Part shown: positions 26,720-35,520 of the stretch, in pieces
Position numbering within the stretch: position 1 is the first letter of the stretch
How the letters are laid out: every line of letters begins with the position of its first letter
Source: Oscillospiraceae bacterium
GTDB taxonomy: Bacteria; Bacillota; Clostridia; Oscillospirales; CAG-382
Length of the DNA: 64,000 nt
NCBI GenBank assembly: GCA_015063785.1
Contig: SVTM01000003.1
Span: 7,285 to 71,284, forward strand
Direction: 5' to 3'
The notes under the pieces: model-generated
Told to the model about the DNA's origin: nothing
What the model saw: only the letters and a program-made list of their open reading frames with translations
Database searches by the model: none
Position numbers and translations under genes: made by a program

Positions 26720-27390
26720 GCGCAAAAAGAATAACTATATTCGCAGGCCATTACGGCAGCGGAAAAACAAACGTTGCCGTAAACTACGCTCTGCTTCTTT
26801 CAAAGGAAGGAAAGAAGGTATCTCTCTCCGACCTTGATATTGTAAACCCCTATTTCAGATCAAAGGACAGCGAAAAGATCCTTGATGATGCAGGCATCCG
26901 ATTTATATCATCGGAATATGCAAATTCCAACGTCGATATGCCTGCTCTTCCTGCCGACGCCTATTCGGTGACGGCCGACAAGGAAAGATTTGCCGTGGTC
27001 GATGTGGGAGGGGATGACAGAGGTGCTCTTGCTCTTGGCAGATACGTTCCCGACATCGTTGCCGAAAACGACTACGAAATGCTTTTTGTCATCAACAAAT
27101 TCAGACCTCTGACCCGTGATGCAAAAAGCGCGGTCGAGGTGATGCGAGAGATCGAAGAAGCGGCAAAAATGCGCTTTACCGCCATCGTCAACAACTCGAA
27201 CATCGGCGAGCTGACAAAAGCCGAAGACGTGCTTTCTTCTGTTTCGTACGCCAACGAGGTGGCACAGATAACAGGACTTCCCATCAAAATGACAAGCGTT
27301 CATTTTGATCTTGAAAAAGAACTTTCGGGAAAGATCAAAAATCTTTTTCCCATAAAGCTCTACATCCGCCAGACCTGGAAGGCGGAATAA
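26716..27390 (+). CDS. P-loop NTPase of unknown function (MinD/ParA/CooC-like SIMIBI pattern)
   Basis: 224-aa ORF. Walker A-like GHYGSGKT and Walker B-like AVVDVGGDD. The ATG overlaps the ilvE stop (ATGA). Confidence 0.7.
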   Translation: MSAKRITIFAGHYGSGKTNVAVNYALLLSKEGKKVSLSDLDIVNPYFRSKDSEKILDDAGIRFISSEYANSNVDMPALPADAYSVTADKERFAVVDVGGDDRGALALGRYVPDIVAENDYEMLFVINKFRPLTRDAKSAVEVMREIEEAAKMRFTAIVNNSNIGELTKAEDVLSSVSYANEVAQITGLPIKMTSVHFDLEKELSGKIKNLFPIKLYIRQTWKAE

Positions 27391-27432
27391 ACACCGAACA
27401 ACAAACATAACATACCGAAAGGAACAAAAGCT

Positions 27433-27636
27433 ATGGCAAAAGTTACATTTGACGAAAACCTTTGTAAAGGCTGCGGTCTTTGCGTTGGCGCTTGTCCCAA
27501 GAAAATTGTGAAGCTTAAGACCTCTCTCAACGCCAAGGGTTATCACCCTGCGACAGTTGAAGATCAGGCATCCTGCATCGGCTGTGCTTTCTGCGCAACC
27601 ATGTGTCCCGACTGTGTTATCACCGTCGAAAAGTAA
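27433..27636 (+). CDS. 2-oxoacid:ferredoxin oxidoreductase delta subunit (2x[4Fe-4S] ferredoxin)
   Basis: 67 aa with two cluster motifs, CKGCGLCVGACP and CIGCAFCATMCP. Confidence 0.85.
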   Translation: MAKVTFDENLCKGCGLCVGACPKKIVKLKTSLNAKGYHPATVEDQASCIGCAFCATMCPDCVITVEK

Positions 27637-27653
27637 TATGGGAGGAAAAAGAA

Positions 27654-28721
27654 ATGTCAGATAAAGTCTTGATGAAGGGCAACGAAGCCCTTGCAGAAGC
27701 CGCTATCATGGCAGGTTGCCGTCACTATTTCGGCTACCCCATCACACCTCAGACAGAGGTTGCGGCATATATGTCCAAAAGAATGCCCAAGATCGACGGC
27801 GTGTTCCTTCAGGCAGAAAGCGAAATCGCCGCCATCAATATGGTCATCGGCGTTGCCGCCACAGGCAAGCGCGTTATGACCTCCTCGTCGTCCCCCGGAA
27901 TCTCGCTTAAGAGCGAAGGTATCTCCTACCTTGCAGGCTGCGATCTTCCCGCTCTTATCGTAAACGTTCAGCGCGGAGGCCCCGGTCTTGGCGGTATCCA
28001 GCCTTCTCAGGCTGATTATTCCCAGGCAACAAGAGGTGCAGGTCATGGCGACTTCCATCTTCTCGTTTTTGCTCCTGCATCGGTTCAGGAAATGGTAAAC
28101 CTCACTTTCAAGGCATTTGACCTTGCAGAAAAATACAGAATGCCTGCAATGATCCTCTCTGACGGCACCATGGGTCAGATGATGGAACCCGTAAGCCTCG
28201 AACAGGGCGAGATCAACGAGCACGACAAGTCCTGGGCACTCACCGGCACAAAGTGCGAAAGAAAGCCCAATATCGTAAACTCCCTTTGTCTCCAGCCCGA
28301 AGCTCTCGAAAAGCTCAACATCGAACGCTACGAGAGATACAAGATGGTTGAAGCTAACGAAGCTATGTACGAAGAATACCGCATGGAAGATGCAGAAGTT
28401 TGCATCGTTGCTTTCGGTGTTGCTGCACGCGTTTCCCAGAACGCCATCGACAAGGCAAGAGAACAGGGAATCAAGGTCGGTATGATCCGTCCCATCACCC
28501 TTTGGCCCTTCCCCAAAAAAGCTCTTCTTGACGCTGCCGACAAGGTAAAGGCGTTCGTTTCTGTCGAGCTTTCCATGGGTCAGATGATCGAGGACATCGA
28601 ACTTGCAACACGTTGCAAGAAGCCTGTGCTTCTCTGCTCGAGAGTGGGCGGTATGATCCATACCACAGACGACGTTCTCTCCAAAATCAAGGAAGCCAAC
28701 GAAATCGGAGGTGCTAACTGA
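27654..28721 (+). CDS. 2-oxoacid:ferredoxin oxidoreductase alpha subunit (Kor/Vor type)
   Basis: MSDKVLMKGNEALAEAAIMAGCRHYFGYPITPQTE is the typical KorA/VorA N-terminus. Start set at ATG 27654 (GGGAGG RBS). Confidence 0.85.
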   Translation: MSDKVLMKGNEALAEAAIMAGCRHYFGYPITPQTEVAAYMSKRMPKIDGVFLQAESEIAAINMVIGVAATGKRVMTSSSSPGISLKSEGISYLAGCDLPALIVNVQRGGPGLGGIQPSQADYSQATRGAGHGDFHLLVFAPASVQEMVNLTFKAFDLAEKYRMPAMILSDGTMGQMMEPVSLEQGEINEHDKSWALTGTKCERKPNIVNSLCLQPEALEKLNIERYERYKMVEANEAMYEEYRMEDAEVCIVAFGVAARVSQNAIDKAREQGIKVGMIRPITLWPFPKKALLDAADKVKAFVSVELSMGQMIEDIELATRCKKPVLLCSRVGGMIHTTDDVLSKIKEANEIGGAN

Positions 28722-29479
28722 TGGCTACTGTATTTTCAAAACCCCAGGCGCTGACAGATGCGCCTCTGCACTACTGCCCCGGATGTACACACGGTATCAT
28801 CCACAGACTCGTGGCAGAAGCTATTGACGAACTCGGCATCCGTGGCAGAACCATCGGTGTTGCCTCTGTCGGATGCTCGGTTCTCACATACAACTACTTC
28901 AACTGCGACATGGTTCAGGCGGCTCACGGCCGTGCTCCCGCTGTTGCAACCGGCGTAAAAAGATCCGATCCCGTAAACAACATCGTATTCACCTATCAGG
29001 GTGACGGCGACCTTGCTGCTATCGGTACCGCAGAAACAGTTCACTCTGCAGCACGCGGCGAAAACATCACCGTTATCTTCGTAAACAACGCGATCTACGG
29101 TATGACAGGCGGTCAGATGGCCCCCACAACTCTTCCCGGTCAGATCACACAGACTTCTCCCTACGGACGCGACACAAAGACCGTTGGTTTCCCCATCAAG
29201 GTCTGTGAAATGCTCTCGCAGGTTGACGGCGCCACATATCTCGAAAGAGTTGCCGTAAACAACGTAAAGAACATCCGCGCCGCAAAGGCCGCCATCAAGA
29301 AGGCTTTCCAGAATCAGGTTGAAGGCAAGGGCTTCTCTCTTGTTGAAGTTCTTTCCACCTGCCCTACAAACTGGGGTCTTACACCTGACAAGGCTCTCAC
29401 ATGGCTTGAAGAAAACATGCTTCCTTACTATCCTCTCGGAGTATATAAGGATAAATATGCTGAAAGTGAGGTAAAGTAA
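28721..29479 (+). CDS. 2-oxoacid:ferredoxin oxidoreductase beta subunit (TPP-binding)
   Basis: 252 aa. Contains YCPGCTHG and TPP motif YQGDGDLAAIG...NNAIYGMTGGQ. The start overlaps the alpha-subunit stop. Confidence 0.85.
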   Translation: MATVFSKPQALTDAPLHYCPGCTHGIIHRLVAEAIDELGIRGRTIGVASVGCSVLTYNYFNCDMVQAAHGRAPAVATGVKRSDPVNNIVFTYQGDGDLAAIGTAETVHSAARGENITVIFVNNAIYGMTGGQMAPTTLPGQITQTSPYGRDTKTVGFPIKVCEMLSQVDGATYLERVAVNNVKNIRAAKAAIKKAFQNQVEGKGFSLVEVLSTCPTNWGLTPDKALTWLEENMLPYYPLGVYKDKYAESEVK

Positions 29480-29480
29480 G

Positions 29481-30020
29481 ATGGCAACAACACAGATACT
29501 TTTTGCAGGCTTCGGCGGACAGGGCATCCTTTTCTCGGGAAAATTCCTTGCATACGAAGGACTTCTTGAAGAAAGAGAAGTCAGCTGGCTTCCTTCCTAC
29601 GGTCCTGAAATGCGTGGAGGCACCGCAAGCTGTAGTGTTATCCTTTCTGACACAAAGATCGGTTCTCCCATCGTAAACGATCCTGATTGTCTTGTCGCCA
29701 TGAATCTTCCCTCCCTTGACAAGTACGAAAGCACAACTGTTTCGGGTGGCAAGATCTTTGTTGACAGCTCGCTTATCGGCAGAAAGGTCGAAAGATCAGA
29801 CGTTGAGGCATATTACATTCCTGCCACAGCTCTTGCTTCTGACAACGGACTTACAGGCCTTGCAAACATGATCATGGTCGGCTATCTCATCAAGAAGACG
29901 GGCATCATTCCCTTCGAAAACATCGACCGTGCTCTTGCAAAGGTCGTACCCGCAAGAAAACAGGATATGCTCGGCGCCAACAGACGCGCGCTGGAACTCG
30001 GCTATAACTACGCCGAATAA
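29481..30020 (+). CDS. 2-oxoacid:ferredoxin oxidoreductase gamma subunit
   Basis: 179 aa. [17 protein letters not shown]...[11 protein letters not shown] is the typical gamma-subunit pattern. Confidence 0.85.
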   Translation: MATTQILFAGFGGQGILFSGKFLAYEGLLEEREVSWLPSYGPEMRGGTASCSVILSDTKIGSPIVNDPDCLVAMNLPSLDKYESTTVSGGKIFVDSSLIGRKVERSDVEAYYIPATALASDNGLTGLANMIMVGYLIKKTGIIPFENIDRALAKVVPARKQDMLGANRRALELGYNYAE

Positions 30021-30070
30021 TCTACGGTAAACACAGGTTTACATAAAAATACTTTAAGGAGGCTGTTGCA

Positions 30071-30622
30071 ATGAACGATCAGCTCAAAGACATTGGTATG
30101 CGCATTGCGTGCATACGAGAAGATTGCGATATGACAGATGTTGAGCTTGCCGAAAAACTCGGCGTTGACATTGAAACCTATCGCTCATATGAAAAAGGCG
30201 AAATTGACTTTTCATTCAGTTTCGTATATAACGTTGCCGAAAAACTCGGCGTGGATGTGCTGGATATTATTAGCGGCACGTCTCCCACTCTTTCTACCTG
30301 CTGCGTAGTAAAGAAAGGCAAGGGCTTTTCTGTCACCCGTGACGACGGATACGACTACAAGCACCTTGCATATACCTTTAAAAACAAGAAATCCGAGCCC
30401 TTCCTCGTAACTGTGAACCCCGACGACAAAACTCCAGTGCTTCACAGCCACGAGGGTCAGGAATTCAACTATCTCCTTTCGGGAAAGCTGACTTTCTATA
30501 TCGGCGATATTTCATACGAGATCGAACCCGGCGACAGTGTATACTTTGATTCAGGCGTGTCCCATGCTCTTAAAGTGACAGGTGACGAGCCTGCACAGTT
30601 TATTGCCGTCGTTGTAAAATAA
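30071..30622 (+). CDS. XRE-family HTH regulator with C-terminal cupin domain
   Basis: 183 aa. The N-terminal HTH_3 pattern (IREDCDMTDVELAEKLGVDIETYRSYEKGE) is followed by a cupin-like HSHEGQEFNYLLSGKL...GDSVYFDSGVSH. Confidence 0.8.
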   Translation: MNDQLKDIGMRIACIREDCDMTDVELAEKLGVDIETYRSYEKGEIDFSFSFVYNVAEKLGVDVLDIISGTSPTLSTCCVVKKGKGFSVTRDDGYDYKHLAYTFKNKKSEPFLVTVNPDDKTPVLHSHEGQEFNYLLSGKLTFYIGDISYEIEPGDSVYFDSGVSHALKVTGDEPAQFIAVVVK

Positions 30623-30654
30623 GTTTTCTATTTACGAAAGGACGGTAATACCCA

Positions 30655-32355
30655 ATGCCAATATATGAAAGATTTGTTGGCGCCCACAGAGACGATTTTC
30701 TTTCCCTCAAGGACGCTCAGAAAAACTACAAGCTCACATGGAGCGAAGATTTTAACTTTGCCTATGACGTCATGGACGTTCTCGGCACTGAAAAGCCCGA
30801 CAAGCTCGCTATGGTCTGGGTTTCAAAGGATGGCGAAGAGATAAAGTTCACTTTTGAAGACATGATGAAGATGTCCAACAAGGTTGCAAACTATCTCCGT
30901 TATCTGGGTGTGAAAAAGGGCGACCGCGTTCTTCTTGTCATGAAGCGCAGCCACTATTTCTGGCACACTGTTCTTGCTCTTCACAAGATCGGTGCCGTTA
31001 TGGTTCAGGCAACCTTTATGCTCACCCCCAAGGAATACGTTTATCGCTGCAACAAGGCAGGTATCAAATATGCCATCTTTACAGGTGACGGAAACTGCAC
31101 AGATCAGTTTGACGAACGCCAGGACGAATACGAAACAGTGCTTCGCAAGATGGTTCTTGGCCACAAAAAAGCCGACGGTTGGCTCGACTTTGAAGAAGGC
31201 GTCGCAAACGCTTCCGACGAGTGGGTTCGACCCACGGGCAAAGATGCCATCTATGCCAACGACACATCTATCCTCGGTTTTACTTCCGGTACAAACGGAT
31301 ATCCCAAGATGGTGCTTCACGATTTCCGCTACCCTCTCGGTCACATCATGACAGGCGTTTTCTGGCACAGAGTTGTGGACGGAGGTCTTCATTTCACCAT
31401 TTCCGATACAGGCTGGCTCAAATCGCTTTGGGGCAAAATGTACGGTCAGTGGTTCGGTGAATCGGCGGTTCTTGTCTATGACTTTGACAAATTCGACGCC
31501 GTAGACATTCTTGAAAAGCTCGAAAAATACCGCGTAACTACCTTCTGCGTACCTCCCACGATGTACCGTCTGCTTTTGCAGCAGAATGTGAAAGATTACG
31601 ATCTTTCGGCTTTGACTCATTGCTGTACTGCCGGTGAGGCGCTTAGCCCCGAGATATTCAACAATTGGAAAGAAGCCACAGGTCTTGAGCTTTATGAGGG
31701 CTTCGGTCAGACCGAAACCACCCTTTGTATCGCCACCATCTACCCTTGGACAAAGCCTGTCCCGGGCGCCATGGGACTTCCTGTACCGGGCTTTGATGTA
31801 CATATCCTTGATGAAGAGGGCGAAAATGCTGCTCACGGCTCAAACGGCGAGATCTGTATCAGAACATTGAGCACCGACCGTCATCCCTGTGGACTTATGC
31901 GCTCGTACAACGCAAACCCCGAGGACACTGAGCGTGCCATCTATCGCGGATACTACCACACAGGCGACGTGGCTTACCGCGATGAATTCGGACTTTTCCG
32001 CTATGTGGGCAGAAATGACGACGTTATCAAGTCGTCAGGCTATCGAATCAGCCCGTTTGAGATCGAAAGCGTTATGCTTGAGCATCCCGCGGTATTCGAA
32101 GTTGCGGTAACGGGCGTGCCCGATCCCGTGCGTGGATTTGCCGTCAAGGCAACCGTTGCTCTCAAGGACGGATACGTCGGCTCTGATGAGCTTACAAAAG
32201 AGCTTCAGACCTACGTCAAAAAGAACACCGCTCCCTACAAATACCCTCGTGTTATCGAATACGTTGCAGCTCTTCCCAAAACCTTCAACGGAAAGATCCG
32301 TCGTGTTGAGATCAGAAACAACGACAAGCAGAAATACGACGAGAATAATAAATAA
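30655..32355 (+). CDS. AMP-forming acyl-CoA synthetase (medium/branched short-chain ACSM/MacS-like)
   Basis: 566 aa. AMP-binding motif GFTSGTNGYPK and later YHTGD and GYRISPFEIES motifs. The N-terminal FNFAYDVMDVLG is typical of the ACSM-like subgroup. Confidence 0.85.
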   Translation: MPIYERFVGAHRDDFLSLKDAQKNYKLTWSEDFNFAYDVMDVLGTEKPDKLAMVWVSKDGEEIKFTFEDMMKMSNKVANYLRYLGVKKGDRVLLVMKRSHYFWHTVLALHKIGAVMVQATFMLTPKEYVYRCNKAGIKYAIFTGDGNCTDQFDERQDEYETVLRKMVLGHKKADGWLDFEEGVANASDEWVRPTGKDAIYANDTSILGFTSGTNGYPKMVLHDFRYPLGHIMTGVFWHRVVDGGLHFTISDTGWLKSLWGKMYGQWFGESAVLVYDFDKFDAVDILEKLEKYRVTTFCVPPTMYRLLLQQNVKDYDLSALTHCCTAGEALSPEIFNNWKEATGLELYEGFGQTETTLCIATIYPWTKPVPGAMGLPVPGFDVHILDEEGENAAHGSNGEICIRTLSTDRHPCGLMRSYNANPEDTERAIYRGYYHTGDVAYRDEFGLFRYVGRNDDVIKSSGYRISPFEIESVMLEHPAVFEVAVTGVPDPVRGFAVKATVALKDGYVGSDELTKELQTYVKKNTAPYKYPRVIEYVAALPKTFNGKIRRVEIRNNDKQKYDENNK

Positions 32356-32360
32356 CATAA

Positions 32361-32394
32361 AAAGATCCGTCCCCAACGGGACGGATCTTTTTTC
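32361..32394. terminator. bidirectional intrinsic terminator ending the ilvE-acs operon
   Basis: 13-bp stem AAAGATCCGTCCC / GGGACGGATCTTT with loop CAAC, followed by a T-run. Confidence 0.85.
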
Positions 32395-32399
32395 GCTTA

Positions 32400-33182
32400 T
32401 CAAAATTCAACAGTTGCCATAATTGGTGAATGGTCTGTGGAGTCAAGAGCGCACTTGTCATCGATGACAAGATATTCTTTGACAGAAACCTTGCCGAGGG
32501 CAATTATGTGGTCGATGGAATATTCTATTTGACGGCTGTCCTTTTCGCCGCGGTATTTTCCGTCCTCGCCAAGAGCGGGGTCTCCGTGACAGGAAGCTTT
32601 GCCCACGACCTTTTCTGCAATGTCCGAAAGATGGGTTATGCCATATTCCTCATACACCTCAAAAATGCCGCCGTATCTATCACAATTCATATCTCCCATG
32701 GCAAAAACCGGACATTCGTAGTGCTTTTTAAGATATTTCATAAGCTCACAAAGCTGACGGGCATTCTTTTTGCGGATAGCGTCGTGTTCTTCGCCCTCCA
32801 TCCACCAAAAATGGGTATTACAAAAGCCAAATTTTTCTTTTTCGCCATTTTCAAAAACCGCCCAGGTTATCGCCTTTGAAAGGTCGGGGGTTTCGGAAAG
32901 AAGCTCATATCCTTTGGCAATATATGAAAGTCCAATCGACTTTTTGAAGACGAATGGCACATAGTTTTCGCAGCCGTCAAGCTCTGTGCCGACAAAACGG
33001 TAGCTTTTGGGAAGATATTCCGAAAACATTTTTCCTGCATACCATCCGCCCGTGACCTCCTGAAATCCAATGAGGTCGGGAGAATGTTTGCTGTAAGTCT
33101 CGACAAGGCCGCCTTCGCGCGCAACCACGGGGTTTCCGAAATAGTCGCCCCAGATATTGCTTGTCATAAGTTTCAGTTTCAC
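32400..33182 (-). CDS. endonuclease/exonuclease/phosphatase (EEP) family protein
   Basis: 260 aa. N-terminal LMTSNIWGD...IGFQEV, GDMN and C-terminal STDHSPI motifs. Confidence 0.8.
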   Translation of the reverse strand: MKLKLMTSNIWGDYFGNPVVAREGGLVETYSKHSPDLIGFQEVTGGWYAGKMFSEYLPKSYRFVGTELDGCENYVPFVFKKSIGLSYIAKGYELLSETPDLSKAITWAVFENGEKEKFGFCNTHFWWMEGEEHDAIRKKNARQLCELMKYLKKHYECPVFAMGDMNCDRYGGIFEVYEEYGITHLSDIAEKVVGKASCHGDPALGEDGKYRGEKDSRQIEYSIDHIIALGKVSVKEYLVIDDKCALDSTDHSPIMATVEF

Positions 33183-33865
33183 GTTATCTCTCCTCCCTTT
33201 ATAAGGCGATAATCGCCGCTTTTAAGCACTTCCATAAGGTCTTTTTGATTTTTTATCTTCTTTTCGCAGAAAATACCGCCACGGCCGAGCGCCGCAGGGC
33301 TGTGAAAATCCGAGCCCGAGGTCATTGCCTTTTCGTAATGAGAAGCGAAGATTTCTGCCATCTCATTGCGGAAAGCTTCGGTTCCGCCGTTATATACCTC
33401 GATACCGAAAAGCGGCGTCGGATCGCAAACAGTCATCTTGTTGCGAAATGGGTGCGCCTGGACAACAAGCGAATCCTCGGGCAAAACGCTTTTTAACTCT
33501 TCGAGATTTTTAAGTCTGTTAAGAACGGGACAAGACAGAAAAAACTCCTCGTCTGCTCCGTAGATGAGATAATCGTTAATCGTGCCGTCAAATCTGACCT
33601 CGGCACCGGGGAGAACTGCAAAACCCAACTTTTCGCCTTCGTTTTTTGCTTCATAATATCCCTTGAGTCTGCGCTTTGCAATATCTCTTGCCGAAATGCC
33701 TTTCAGCTCGTCTGCAAACCAATCGTTGAAAAATTCGAAGTAGTGATCGGTTACAACAAGACCGTCATAGCCTGCATCGTGATATAATTTTACAATATCG
33801 GCGGCGCAGGATGCCGCATAAACATCACATTCTTTGGTGTGAACGTGCAATTCAAATTTTCCCAT
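33179..33865 (-). CDS. PHP-domain phosphoesterase
   Basis: 228 aa. FELHVHTKECD...VVTDHY motifs. Its stop overlaps the EEP gene start by 4 nt. Confidence 0.75.
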   Translation of the reverse strand: MGKFELHVHTKECDVYAASCAADIVKLYHDAGYDGLVVTDHYFEFFNDWFADELKGISARDIAKRRLKGYYEAKNEGEKLGFAVLPGAEVRFDGTINDYLIYGADEEFFLSCPVLNRLKNLEELKSVLPEDSLVVQAHPFRNKMTVCDPTPLFGIEVYNGGTEAFRNEMAEIFASHYEKAMTSGSDFHSPAALGRGGIFCEKKIKNQKDLMEVLKSGDYRLIKGGEIT

Positions 33866-33884
33866 GAAGATCCTCTGTTCTTTT

Positions 33885-34448
33885 TTATTCTGTGATTATA
33901 TCCTTTGCCATCAACGCCTTAAGGAAAAATCCGGCACTCTGCACGAAGAATATGATGGCAATAACCTTATTTATACCAACAAGATCGTCAAGAGGCTTTA
34001 TCATCGACATTCCGCCCGACAAAAGCTCGACAGCGCCGATAAAAGCAAAGCCCATCCAACATCTCAATTTTTCCGCCTTCAACTCTGCAGAGTCCATTAT
34101 CTTAAGAATTCCCGACACAAGCTCCCACACGCCGAAAAAGAAAGGAATCACAAGCGGCTGTGTCATTTGATTGAAAAGCGGAAAAAGCGAAAGAAATACC
34201 GCCACAAGACCGTCTGCCATAAGCCAGTGGGCGCCGTGGAGTTTGCGGTTTTTGCCCTCGCAGACAGAAAAATTCAAGAATCCTGCGGCAAACATTATGC
34301 CGCCAAGTATTCTGGATGCCGAAACGAGATTTTCTTCGTGTCGGGTAACCGAAAAAATTCCCCCTGCCAGAAGAAGCAGGGCAATAACAAGCCACAAAGC
34401 CCTCACCCAGGCGGTGTTTACGGGTCTGTCGTGCAAGCGAATTTTCAT
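33885..34448 (-). CDS. small polytopic membrane protein (HdeD/DUF308-like)
   Basis: Repeated hydrophobic helices with the W..L..G...I..G pattern. Start set at ATG 34448 (AAGGGGG RBS). The K/R-rich plus-strand ORF 33864-34580 is rejected. Confidence 0.65.
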   Translation of the reverse strand: MKIRLHDRPVNTAWVRALWLVIALLLLAGGIFSVTRHEENLVSASRILGGIMFAAGFLNFSVCEGKNRKLHGAHWLMADGLVAVFLSLFPLFNQMTQPLVIPFFFGVWELVSGILKIMDSAELKAEKLRCWMGFAFIGAVELLSGGMSMIKPLDDLVGINKVIAIIFFVQSAGFFLKALMAKDIITE

Positions 34449-34623
34449 AAAAGCCCCCTTTGCCCGAAAAACAGGCACTTTTTCTTTAATTATACATTGA
34501 AATCTGTCAAAAATCAACTTTTTTCGTCAAGAGGACGCAAAAACGGTTTAATTGCTTCTTGTTTTTTTCTTTTTTTCTGATATAATTTAGATATCAAATC
34601 ACAAGTTTTTTACAGGAGGAAAA

Positions 34624-35520
34624 ATGAGAGAGTTTATAATCGGCACCGACTGGTGGACAGACTGCGATGATGCGGTTGCCATGCGCATTGCCGCAAGAGC
34701 ACACAAAAACGAAGAAATAAAAATTCTTGGCGTGGGTATCAACGCATGCATGGAATATTCTGTGTCATCCCTCAAATACTTTTTTGAAGCAGAAGGCGTT
34801 TTTGACCTTCCCTACGGCATAGATCACGATGCCACCGATTACGGAGGAACTCCATCGTATCAAAAAAATCTTTCAAAGCTTTCCGACTCCAATTTTTCAA
34901 ATTTCGATGCGATGTCGGCAGTGGGACTTTACAGAAAGCTGCTTTCGGGCGCCGCAGGCAAGGTGGAGATAGTTGAGATCGGCTTTCCCCAGATACTTTC
35001 GGGACTTCTTTTAAGCCATCCCGACGGTTTTTCGCCATTAAACGGATACGACCTTGTGAAAGAAAAGGTTTCGAAAATCTGGATGATGGCAGGAAAATGG
35101 GACGTGCAGGGTGGACGCGAGCACAATTTTGAAAAAACCTCCCGTTCGCGCAATGCCGCCGAAATATTTTGCCGTCTGTGCCCTGTCCCCACAACTTTTC
35201 TCGGCTTTGAGATCGGCGTTTCTGTGATCTCGGGAGGCGAGCTTGCACACGACGACCTTTTGTACAAGGTTCTTTGCGATCACGGATCGAAAAACGGAAG
35301 AAGCTCGTGGGATCCGATGCTTATGCTCATGGCGGTTATCGGTGACGAAGAAAAGGCAGGCTACAACATGACCGTGGGAAAAGCAAGAGTAGACGCCGCC
35401 ACGGGAGAAAACTTCTTTGACGAAGGCGACGGTATGCACGCCTTTGTAACAAAAAAGCACTGCGACGAATATTATAAAAATGCCATCAATGAAAGAATAA
35501 GCAGTACAAGAGGTATATAA
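34624..35520 (+). CDS. nucleoside hydrolase-like protein
   Basis: 298 aa. N-terminal IIGTDWWTDCDDAVAMRIA resembles the Asp-rich IU-nucleoside hydrolase metal site. AGGAGG RBS. Confidence 0.6.
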   Translation: MREFIIGTDWWTDCDDAVAMRIAARAHKNEEIKILGVGINACMEYSVSSLKYFFEAEGVFDLPYGIDHDATDYGGTPSYQKNLSKLSDSNFSNFDAMSAVGLYRKLLSGAAGKVEIVEIGFPQILSGLLLSHPDGFSPLNGYDLVKEKVSKIWMMAGKWDVQGGREHNFEKTSRSRNAAEIFCRLCPVPTTFLGFEIGVSVISGGELAHDDLLYKVLCDHGSKNGRSSWDPMLMLMAVIGDEEKAGYNMTVGKARVDAATGENFFDEGDGMHAFVTKKHCDEYYKNAINERISSTRGI

